Shown here piece after piece: positions 38,705-47,073 of a stretch of DNA of 64,000 nt; within the stretch, counting starts at the first letter, position 1; each line of letters starts with the position of its first letter. A program made the position numbers and the translations under genes. The stretch spans positions 10,560-74,559 of the forward strand of contig JBMOGB010000002.1 in the NCBI GenBank assembly GCA_049318585.1. Direction: 5' to 3'. Below the pieces are notes generated by a model. The model saw only the letters and a program-made list of their open reading frames with translations. It was not told the DNA's origin and ran no database searches. This DNA is from Bacteroidia bacterium (GTDB lineage Bacteria > Bacteroidota > Bacteroidia > UKL13-3).

Positions 38705-39847
38705 ATGCAATTTAAAAATATTGTAGGCCAAAAAGCCTTAATAAACAAACTAATACAAACCACCAAAGATGGGCGCATTAGCCATGCGCAGCTGTTTTTA
38801 GGAGCCGAAGGAAGTGGGAATTTAGCTTTGGCAATTGCGTATGCACAATATGTAAATTGTTTAAATCAACAAGAAACTGATAGTTGTGGGAATTGTTCTA
38901 GCTGTGTAAAATACCAAAAATATATTCACCCCGATTTACATTTTACTTTTCCTACTATTTCGCCTACCAAATTATGTATTGATGTATTGTCGGATTTTAG
39001 AGAAGCATTACTCGAAAATCCTTACATGAACGATTTTGATTGGATTTGTCAGTTAGATAATGCAGGAAATAAACAAGGAAATATTACTGCTGAAGAATGC
39101 AGAGATATAATTAGAAAACTAAGCTTAAAAGCTTACGAAGCAAAGTTTAAAACCCTAATTATTTGGATGCCCGAATACATGAAAACTGAGGGCAATATTA
39201 TTTTAAAATTATTGGAAGAACCGCCAGAAAATACATTGATTATTTTGGTGGCCAACGATAGTGAAAAAGTAATAGCTACCATTTTATCGAGGGCACAATT
39301 AATAAAAGTACCGCAGGTTTTAGATGAAGATATTGTAAATAATTTAGTCGAAAATCATCAAATAGAAAGCAACAAAGCGCAAGCAATAGCAAGGTTGGTA
39401 AGTGGAAATTACAATTTAGCTTTGAGTTTAATTGACATTGAGCATGGCGATTATTTGAACTTATTTATTGAGTGGATGCGTAAATCATTTACCTATAATA
39501 AACCTTCGCAAGCTGGGCAGCCCGATGAATTAACTTTGTTAATTGAAAAACTTTCAACGGTTGGTCGCGAGCAGGTAAAAAGCTTTTTAACATATAGCAG
39601 TCAAATGATTCGATCGGCATTTATTTACAAATTTGGTCATGAATCATTAAGGAAAAACTCACCTGAGGAGTTGGCTTTTTTAAATCAATTCAGCGTGGTT
39701 TTTACACCAAATAATTTAGCCTTGATAACCACCGCAATTGACGAAGCAATTTTTCATGTAGAGCGTAATGCAAGTGTGAAAATTATGTATTTAAATCTTT
39801 CTATGTATATTGGCAAACAATTACAAAAGGCAACTATTAAAAAATAA
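38705..39847 (+). CDS. holB: DNA polymerase III subunit delta'
   Basis: HAQLFLGAEGSGNLALA AAA+ P-loop variant; Zn module CGNCSSC; LKLLEEPP; SRAQ. Confidence 0.85.
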   Translation: MQFKNIVGQKALINKLIQTTKDGRISHAQLFLGAEGSGNLALAIAYAQYVNCLNQQETDSCGNCSSCVKYQKYIHPDLHFTFPTISPTKLCIDVLSDFREALLENPYMNDFDWICQLDNAGNKQGNITAEECRDIIRKLSLKAYEAKFKTLIIWMPEYMKTEGNIILKLLEEPPENTLIILVANDSEKVIATILSRAQLIKVPQVLDEDIVNNLVENHQIESNKAQAIARLVSGNYNLALSLIDIEHGDYLNLFIEWMRKSFTYNKPSQAGQPDELTLLIEKLSTVGREQVKSFLTYSSQMIRSAFIYKFGHESLRKNSPEELAFLNQFSVVFTPNNLALITTAIDEAIFHVERNASVKIMYLNLSMYIGKQLQKATIKK

Positions 39848-39958
39848 CCTATTTAATGGCAATTTTTGTAATATAATTCAGGTTTTATTTTTTCAGAAAA
39901 ATAGAAACCAAAAACTAAATTTTTTAAAGTTCAATTATTTAAAATATATAAATAATAA

Positions 39959-41428
39959 ATGGGATGTTCAAGTGGAGGATGCAGCACTGGTGGCTGTTCT
40001 AGCGGTGGGTGCAGCACGGGAGGCTGCAATAAATTAAATACATACGATTGGTTAAGTGATTTGGTAATGCCACCTCATACCAAACCTTTTGATGTAGTAG
40101 AAGTAAGTTTTAAAGGAACCAGAAAAGAGTACTTTAGAAACAATAATTTGGATATAACCAATGGCGATTTTGTAATTGTTGAATTAGAAAATGGATACGA
40201 TTTTGGTAAAGTAAATTTAAAAGGAGAACTAGTAAAACTTCAATTAAAGAAAGTAGGCTTAACTCCCGAAAGTACTCATATTCGTAAAATTATTCGCAGA
40301 GCAAACGACACTGATATTGCAAAGCATAAAGAAAATAAAGAACTAGAAATTCCAACTATGTTTAAAGCCAGAACTCACGCTTTGGAGTTAGGTTTAAACA
40401 TGAAACTAAGTGATGTAGAATATCAGGGTGATAAACGAAAAGCCATATTTTATTACACAGCCGAAGACAGGGTAGATTTTAGAGAGCTGATAAAAAAGCT
40501 AGCCGATGAGTTTAAAGTTCGTATAGAAATGAAACAAATTGGTTATAGGCAAGAGGCTGGAAGGCTTGGTGCAATTGGTAGTTGCGGACGTGAACTTTGT
40601 TGTAGTACATGGCTTACCGATTTTAAATTGGTACACATAAATGCTGCGCGTTATCAAAATTTATCAATCAATCAGTTAAAACTTTCGGGGCAATGTGGTA
40701 AGCTAAAATGTTGTTTAAACTTTGAGTTAGATGTGTATCAAGAATCGTTAAAAGATTTTCCGGAAAAAGACAATAACATCATTGAATTTGCTGGCGATTT
40801 GCGTTACAAGCAAGTAAAAATTGATATTTTAAAACGTATTTTATTCTTTGCTCCAATGGGCGAAGCAAATGGCGATTGGTTAGAGTTAAGTGTAGAAAAA
40901 GCCAAAGAATATATTAGCCAAAACAGAGATGGAGTAAAACCAGAATTGGTAATTAAACCCAAAGTAGAATTGAAGAAAGTAATAGAACTTGACTTTAAAA
41001 ACGACATGGGAATGGATAGTTTAACAAGGTTAGACGATAACAAAAAACGCAACAATAACAATAAAAACAACCGCAATAAAAACAATAAACCCAATCCAAA
41101 TGCGGTTCAAGGAAATAACACAAATCAGAACAAACCACAACAACCAAGGCCGGCAAACACGAATCCGAATGCTAAGCCAATTAACAATAATCCAAACGCA
41201 AAACCGATAAATACTAATCCAAACGCTAGGCCAGTAAATCCTAATCAACAACCAAGACCTGCAAATCCAAATCAAAGACCACCACAAGCCAATGTAAACG
41301 CTAATGAAAACAAGCCTTTGGAGGATAAGCCAATTAATGCAAACCCCAATAATAAACCAAAGTTTAACAAAAATAGGAACAATAGAAACAAACCAAATTC
41401 ACCCAAACCCGATGATAAAAAGGAGTAA
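39959..41428 (+). CDS. PSP1 domain protein (YaaT/RicT-like) with repeat-rich termini
   Basis: PSP1 core (RKAIFYYTAEDRVDFRELIKKLADEFKVRIEMKQIG); Cys cluster GSCGRELCCSTW..GQCGKLKCCL; N-terminal (GGCS)n; C-terminal Asn/Pro-rich repeats. Confidence 0.8.
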   Translation: MGCSSGGCSTGGCSSGGCSTGGCNKLNTYDWLSDLVMPPHTKPFDVVEVSFKGTRKEYFRNNNLDITNGDFVIVELENGYDFGKVNLKGELVKLQLKKVGLTPESTHIRKIIRRANDTDIAKHKENKELEIPTMFKARTHALELGLNMKLSDVEYQGDKRKAIFYYTAEDRVDFRELIKKLADEFKVRIEMKQIGYRQEAGRLGAIGSCGRELCCSTWLTDFKLVHINAARYQNLSINQLKLSGQCGKLKCCLNFELDVYQESLKDFPEKDNNIIEFAGDLRYKQVKIDILKRILFFAPMGEANGDWLELSVEKAKEYISQNRDGVKPELVIKPKVELKKVIELDFKNDMGMDSLTRLDDNKKRNNNNKNNRNKNNKPNPNAVQGNNTNQNKPQQPRPANTNPNAKPINNNPNAKPINTNPNARPVNPNQQPRPANPNQRPPQANVNANENKPLEDKPINANPNNKPKFNKNRNNRNKPNSPKPDDKKE

Positions 41429-41912
41429 ACATATTATTTCAATAATTGTATTTGTGCTGGTTTCATTTTGTTTTGGAGCATGCGGAAATGCGCCAATTTT
41501 TGATGAAAACAAAGAAATACTAGCATATAAATGGGACTATAAAACACCAATTAGTTTTGATATAAACATTGCTGATACCAATAAATATTGTAATGTATTT
41601 ATCAATTTGAGAATTAATGGCGATTATAAATACAGTAATATGTTTATGTGGGTTCATGAAATATTACCCGATAAAACGGTTACAAAAGAAAGAATAGAGT
41701 TTACACTAGCCGATGACAGAGGTAAATGGCAAGGCAAAGGCTTTGGCGATATTCATGCTTACCAATTACAATTTAAACCACGAATGAAGTTTAAACAAAC
41801 TGGAATTTATACCTATAGTTTGGAACAAAACATGCGTGATGATATTTTGGAAAATGTAGTAAGCGCAGGTGTTCGCATTGAATTTTGGACTTCAGAATCG
41901 AAGGCTTGGTAA
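41412..41912 (+). CDS. gldH: gliding motility lipoprotein GldH
   Basis: Start at ATG 41412 gives MIKRSKHIISIIVFVLVSFCFGACG (lipobox); about 166 aa; conserved holB/PSP1/gldH order. Confidence 0.8.
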   Translation: MIKRSKHIISIIVFVLVSFCFGACGNAPIFDENKEILAYKWDYKTPISFDINIADTNKYCNVFINLRINGDYKYSNMFMWVHEILPDKTVTKERIEFTLADDRGKWQGKGFGDIHAYQLQFKPRMKFKQTGIYTYSLEQNMRDDILENVVSAGVRIEFWTSESKAW

Positions 41913-42194
41913 AAAAATATTTTTGCAACGATTTTCTTTTTCTGGAGGAAAGAACCAATTTATTGTTTCTTTAAATTTTTCAATAAAACAAAAATAGCTT
42001 GTTGTTACTTTTTTACCAAACAGTATTTCAAGCTGGTTAGGAAAAAGAATACAGATTTATAAAAAAATGTTACTAAACGATAAAAACAAGTAAAGTCTTT
42101 TACTATTTCATAAGAAAAGATCTCTTAGGAGGTCTTTTTTTATGAATAAAAATTAAACAAATTACCTTTTATTTGAAACAAATAAATACTATCC

Positions 42195-42626
42195 ATGAAA
42201 GTTAAAATTAGCAAATCAGCATTATTTTTGTTCCTGTTTTTTGAAGGTATCGGATTCAATTCCAGTTCTGTAAAAGCACAATCTAATGAAGCGTATACAA
42301 TAGTAGAACAAATGCCTGTATTTGCAAGTGGTGAAGAAAAAATGTATCAATTTATAAGTTCCAATATTAACTACCCTGCATTTTGCAAAGAAAATAATAT
42401 TATGGGTAGAGTAATTGTACGATTTATAGTTACTAGTAAAGGTGAGATTGATTCAGTAAATATTCTTGCTTCACCTCACCAAACCATGAGCGATGAGTGT
42501 ATAAGGATGATAAAATTAATGCCTATTTGGACACCTGGAAAACAAAATGGAAAACCAGTAAATGTATTTTTTACACTTCCAATAAGTTTTCAATTAGAAA
42601 CTTCCACACCTAAAAAAAGGAAATAG
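42195..42626 (+). CDS. TonB C-terminal domain protein
   Basis: Signal peptide; EQMPVF..GGE..; GRVIVRFIVTSKGEI; PGKQNGKPVNV. Confidence 0.75.
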   Translation: MKVKISKSALFLFLFFEGIGFNSSSVKAQSNEAYTIVEQMPVFASGEEKMYQFISSNINYPAFCKENNIMGRVIVRFIVTSKGEIDSVNILASPHQTMSDECIRMIKLMPIWTPGKQNGKPVNVFFTLPISFQLETSTPKKRK

Positions 42627-42643
42627 ATTTAAGATTATTTCAA

Positions 42644-44080
42644 ATGGAAGTTTCTCGCAATACTATTAAAACATTTTACTTGCTACTGTTTTCTCTGTTT
42701 TTTTACACTAATCTTATTGCCCAAAAAGCAGAAATATTAATAGAAGCAGAAATAAATCCTGAATATCCGGGTGGTGAATTTGCCATGAATAAGTATTTAG
42801 AGGAAAACTTAGTTTATCCTGTTTTTTGTGATAAAAACAATATTGGTGGAAGAGCAGTTGTAAAGTTTCGAGTAGCTAGTTCAGGATATGTTGATACTGC
42901 TTATATGATTCAATCACCACATGAATTAATCAGTGAAGAATGTATTAGATTAATGAAAGCTATGCCTAGGTGGAGTCCTGGAAGGCAAGCAGGTAAAGTA
43001 GTTCCTGTTTATTTTTCAATTCCATTTGTTTTTACTCCAGGTAATAATTCAGAATTTCCGAATAAGTATGAAGAATATTATCGTCTGAAAATAAATGCAA
43101 TTGATTCAATGATTTTAAATGAAAAACAAACAAAAGCTTCTGTTTTAAAATTTATATTATTAACAACTGAAGAATTCTATCATTATGAAAATATTGCACT
43201 CACTCAACCATCGTTATTTCCTAACAAAAACCTAAATATTTTAAGTAACACTCAATTTTTAAGTACTTATAAAAAATATTTTACATACAAAAACATTCAA
43301 ATTGATTCCATCAAAAATATTTTGAATGATTCAAATTTTTGCATTAACGATTCCGAAACAATTCAAACTCTCAATAAATTTAAATTGTTCATCAATAGAG
43401 AAATGAAATGCATCAATAGACTTGAAAATATTGCACCTTTTTGGCGGTCAAGTTTAAGTTTTCATCCAATATACAATAATTGGTATATGAATGATTCATT
43501 TACTCAAAAGTATGATTCATACTATTTAAATAAAACTGTTAATTTTTTGCTTTTTATTGATATGCCAAGTTATAATATCACTTCTGGAAACTTAAAAAAT
43601 GTGGGATATGACCATTCAATTAATTTCAATTTGGGCATTGGGTTTTGTTACAAAAAATTAACTTTTAAATTAGCCGCTGGAGTTATAGGTGGTAACAATG
43701 CTAATTACCATGTAAAATTTAAAGATAACCTTGTAAAAGCAAATATATCTTCGGCTACATTATATAGTTTACAAATTGATTACAGATATTTTTATAATAA
43801 AAAATGGAGTTATTTTGTGAATGGGGCAATTGGGAAAACTCACTTAAATCAATACACTGAAACACTTGAAAAAAATGTTTCTAAAGTGGAAGTTTCTAAT
43901 GAAATTCCCTATTTTAAACTAGGTCATACTATCAGTTATCGATTAAATCCAATCATTTTTTTTACTTTAAATACAAATATTTCTTACTTGAATCATCAAT
44001 CAAATGCTGGTAATGATTTAAGTGGAATGCTTTATCAAATTGGAGTTGGCGTAGGATATTGGGGAAATAAAAAATGGTAG
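42644..44080 (+). CDS. TonB C-terminal domain protein fused to a roughly 340-aa C-terminal (barrel-like) region
   Basis: The N-terminal 130 aa are paralogous to the preceding ORF. The C-terminus ends with alternating aromatic strands (GVGVGYWGNKKW). Confidence 0.7.
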   Translation: MEVSRNTIKTFYLLLFSLFFYTNLIAQKAEILIEAEINPEYPGGEFAMNKYLEENLVYPVFCDKNNIGGRAVVKFRVASSGYVDTAYMIQSPHELISEECIRLMKAMPRWSPGRQAGKVVPVYFSIPFVFTPGNNSEFPNKYEEYYRLKINAIDSMILNEKQTKASVLKFILLTTEEFYHYENIALTQPSLFPNKNLNILSNTQFLSTYKKYFTYKNIQIDSIKNILNDSNFCINDSETIQTLNKFKLFINREMKCINRLENIAPFWRSSLSFHPIYNNWYMNDSFTQKYDSYYLNKTVNFLLFIDMPSYNITSGNLKNVGYDHSINFNLGIGFCYKKLTFKLAAGVIGGNNANYHVKFKDNLVKANISSATLYSLQIDYRYFYNKKWSYFVNGAIGKTHLNQYTETLEKNVSKVEVSNEIPYFKLGHTISYRLNPIIFFTLNTNISYLNHQSNAGNDLSGMLYQIGVGVGYWGNKKW

Positions 44081-44205
44081 TTAATTAGTGGTTTGTTTTA
44101 TACATTTTACTTCAACAATTTTTTCAAAAAAAGAAGTGATTATTACTTATTTTTCTAATAATATTGAAAACTAATAGAATGCATTTTTGATTGTAAAAAT
44201 GTTAA

Positions 44206-45108
44206 ATGATAATAATGAAAAGCAAAAAAATGTTTGAGCTAGTTAAAAACATAATATCATTGGTAAGAATGAATCATTGGGTAAAAAATGGTTTTGTGTT
44301 TTTACCTGTTTTTTTTGCTGGGAAAATTGAGTTGATTTTTACTTCAAATTTGTTGTTATTATTTATTTCCTTTTGTTTGGCATCCTCGGCCATTTATATT
44401 TTAAACGACATGGTTGATGTAAATGCTGATAAATTACATCCTACCAAAAAGTTCAGGCCAATTGCAAGTGGGTTTTTCAGTATCAACCAATCGATTGTTT
44501 TATTTACAGTAACTGCTATACTTTTCTTTTTATCGTTATTACTTTTAGCACATGCTGGTTTATATGTTTTAAGTTATTTTGTATTAAATATTTTATACTC
44601 TTTTTACCTAAAACATTTGTCTATTGTTGATGTATCGAGCATAAGTGCGGGCTTTGTTTTAAGAGAATTGGCGGGTGGTGCCGAAAGCAATGTTTATGTG
44701 TCGCATTGGATGATTATAATGACTTTTTTGCTTACAGTTTCTATTGGTTTTGCAAAACGAAGAGACGATTTAGTTTTGGTGCTAGAAAAGGAATCTTCCA
44801 TCAAATCATTAGATGGATATACCATTCCATTTTTAGATATTGCAAAAAGCATTTCGTTTTCAATTACACTTATTTCCTATATTTTATATTCTATTTCAGC
44901 AGAAGTAATTGCCAGAATTGGCTCTGATAAATTATACATTACTTCACTTTTTGTTTTTTTAGGAATTATCAGGTACATACAAATTACGGTGGTTGACAAA
45001 AATTCTGGGTCGCCAATAGAAGTACTTTGGAAAGATAAATTTTTACAAATTACCTTATTACTTTGGGCATTCACTTTTCTGTTTATTATTTATGGAAAAG
45101 GTATTTAA
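44206..45108 (+). CDS. UbiA-family decaprenyl-phosphate phosphoribosyltransferase-like prenyl-phosphate PRPP transferase
   Basis: HWVKNGFVFLPVFF; ILNDMVDVNADKLHPTKKFRPIASG (NDxxDxxxD plus HPxKxxRPxASG); about 8 TM segments. Confidence 0.8.
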   Translation: MIIMKSKKMFELVKNIISLVRMNHWVKNGFVFLPVFFAGKIELIFTSNLLLLFISFCLASSAIYILNDMVDVNADKLHPTKKFRPIASGFFSINQSIVLFTVTAILFFLSLLLLAHAGLYVLSYFVLNILYSFYLKHLSIVDVSSISAGFVLRELAGGAESNVYVSHWMIIMTFLLTVSIGFAKRRDDLVLVLEKESSIKSLDGYTIPFLDIAKSISFSITLISYILYSISAEVIARIGSDKLYITSLFVFLGIIRYIQITVVDKNSGSPIEVLWKDKFLQITLLLWAFTFLFIIYGKGI

Positions 45109-46399
45109 TTGGGGCATGTATCCGCAAATTGAAGCCAATCAATTTTCGTCTGGCAATTATGGTAAAATAGCAGATTTTGTCAAAACAAAAGATGTAATTA
45201 TAGCAAGAGGAAACGGACGTTGTTATGGCGATAGTTCATTGCAAAAAAAAATATTTTCTACACTTTCCTTAAATAAAATAATAGCATTTGATGAAAAACT
45301 TGGAATTTTAAACTGTGAAGCTGGAGTTTTGTTAAGTGAAATATTGAATTTGATTGTCCCTAAAGGATTTTTTCTACCTGTTACTCCAGGAACTAAATTT
45401 ATTACAATTGGTGGAGCTGTTGCTTCAAACATACATGGAAAAAACCACCACAAAGAAGGTGCAATTGCAGCCTATATTCAGTCGTTTGAATTAATGATTG
45501 AAACTGGTGAAATAGTGCATTGTTCCGAAAAAAATAATACAGTATTGTTTGCAAACACTATAGGAGGAATGGGGCTAACAGGTATTATTCTATCTGTTCA
45601 AATTCGCTTAAAAAAAATTGAAACCAGTTATATCAATCAGTCAACAATAAAAGCCAAAAACATAAAAGAAATAATCACTTATTTTGAAAACTATAAAAAT
45701 ACAACATACACTGTGGCATGGATAAATTGTTTGGCAAAAGGAAATCATTTAGGTCAATCTATTTTGTATTTGGGCGAACATGCAAAAATTGATGAATTGA
45801 ATAAAAAACAATCAGAAAATCCGTTAAAAACACACCATAAAACACCAATAAATATTCCTTTCTATTTCCCAACCTTTGTTTTGAATAGCACATTTATAAA
45901 GCTGTTTAATTTTTTGTTTTATCATAAGCAATTGCGCCAAAAAGCAACTAAAATTATTGATTACAATTCGTTTTTTTATCCGTTAGATGCGCTCAATAAT
46001 TGGAATAAAATGTATGGTAAAAATGGTTTTACTCAATATCAATTTGTAATACCTTTTGAAAATGGCAAAGTAGTTTTGATTGAGATTTTAACTCAAATTT
46101 CTGATTCGGGTTGCAGTGCTTTTTTGGCAGTTTTAAAAACTTTTGGTCCAAAAGATGTTCATTCATCGCCACTTTCATTTCCAATGGAAGGTTACACTTT
46201 GGCTGTTGATTTTAAAGTGAATAAAAAAGTATTTCAATTGTTAGATCAATTGGATGAAATAGTGCTTAAATATGGTGGTCGTTTGTACCTTACCAAAGAT
46301 GCACGAATGACAGCAAATACATTTGCTAAAAGCTACCATGAAAGTTTGGTTCATCTAGCTAAATTTAGTTCACTACAATCAGAAAGATTAGGAATATAA
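45092..46399 (+). CDS. FAD-binding oxidoreductase, DprE1-like (prenylphospho-ribose 2'-oxidase family)
   Basis: PCMH-type FAD domain (ARGNGRCYGDSSL); C-terminal FLAVLKTFGP...GYTLAVDF...KYGGRLYLTKDARM closely parallels the DprE1 C-terminus as I recall it. Confidence 0.78.
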   Translation: MEKVFNWGMYPQIEANQFSSGNYGKIADFVKTKDVIIARGNGRCYGDSSLQKKIFSTLSLNKIIAFDEKLGILNCEAGVLLSEILNLIVPKGFFLPVTPGTKFITIGGAVASNIHGKNHHKEGAIAAYIQSFELMIETGEIVHCSEKNNTVLFANTIGGMGLTGIILSVQIRLKKIETSYINQSTIKAKNIKEIITYFENYKNTTYTVAWINCLAKGNHLGQSILYLGEHAKIDELNKKQSENPLKTHHKTPINIPFYFPTFVLNSTFIKLFNFLFYHKQLRQKATKIIDYNSFFYPLDALNNWNKMYGKNGFTQYQFVIPFENGKVVLIEILTQISDSGCSAFLAVLKTFGPKDVHSSPLSFPMEGYTLAVDFKVNKKVFQLLDQLDEIVLKYGGRLYLTKDARMTANTFAKSYHESLVHLAKFSSLQSERLGI

Positions 46400-47071
46400 A
46401 TGGAACAAAATAAAGAGCTAAAAAAAGGAGTAGCATTTTTTGATTTTGATGGAACCATCACTTTCAAAGATTCTTTTATGGAGTTCGTTAAGTATTCAAA
46501 TGGCAGCTTTAAATTGGTTTTATGTATATTTTGGAACGCTCCATTCATAGTTTTTTTTTATTTGAAATTGTATTCAAATCACCAATTAAAGGAACGTTTT
46601 TTTTCGTTTTTCTTCAAAAATAGTTTAGAAACGGAAATTATAGCAAAAGGAGTTTTGTTTAGCAAAAACCAGCTTTCAAAAATTTGTTTTCCAAGTGCAA
46701 TGAGGCTAATTCAGTGGCATAAAGCCCAAAATCATGATGTATATATTTTAACAGCCTCTTCCAATATTTGGTTAAAAGATTGGTGCAAAACAAATAATTT
46801 GATATTGATTGGAACCGAGTTTGAAACAATAAATGGATTATATTCCGGTAAAATTGCAGGTAAAAACTGCCATGGACAGGAAAAACTAAATAGAATAAAA
46901 GCATTGCTAAATCAATATAATAATGATGAAACTTATGGGTACGGAAACGAAAAATCGGATAGATTTTATTTAAACAAAATGCGTTTTAAATTGAATGTAC
47001 CACTGAACGAAAAAAATGTTTCTTTATTCCTGAAAATGCATTCAGAAGGGTCGTTAATAAGTTCGAAATAA
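46400..47071 (+). CDS. HAD-IB family hydrolase/phosphatase
   Basis: Motif I AFFDFDGTIT; start abuts the previous stop. Confidence 0.75.
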   Translation: MEQNKELKKGVAFFDFDGTITFKDSFMEFVKYSNGSFKLVLCIFWNAPFIVFFYLKLYSNHQLKERFFSFFFKNSLETEIIAKGVLFSKNQLSKICFPSAMRLIQWHKAQNHDVYILTASSNIWLKDWCKTNNLILIGTEFETINGLYSGKIAGKNCHGQEKLNRIKALLNQYNNDETYGYGNEKSDRFYLNKMRFKLNVPLNEKNVSLFLKMHSEGSLISSK

Positions 47072-47073
47072 AT

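Noticed and set aside
39810-41287. ORFs 39810..40037 (+), 40804..41094 (-) and 41030..41287 (-) overlapping the PSP1-family gene
   Set aside because: They are alternative-frame or antisense readings of low-complexity repeat DNA (the GGCS head and the Asn/Pro tail). The PSP1 frame explains the region.
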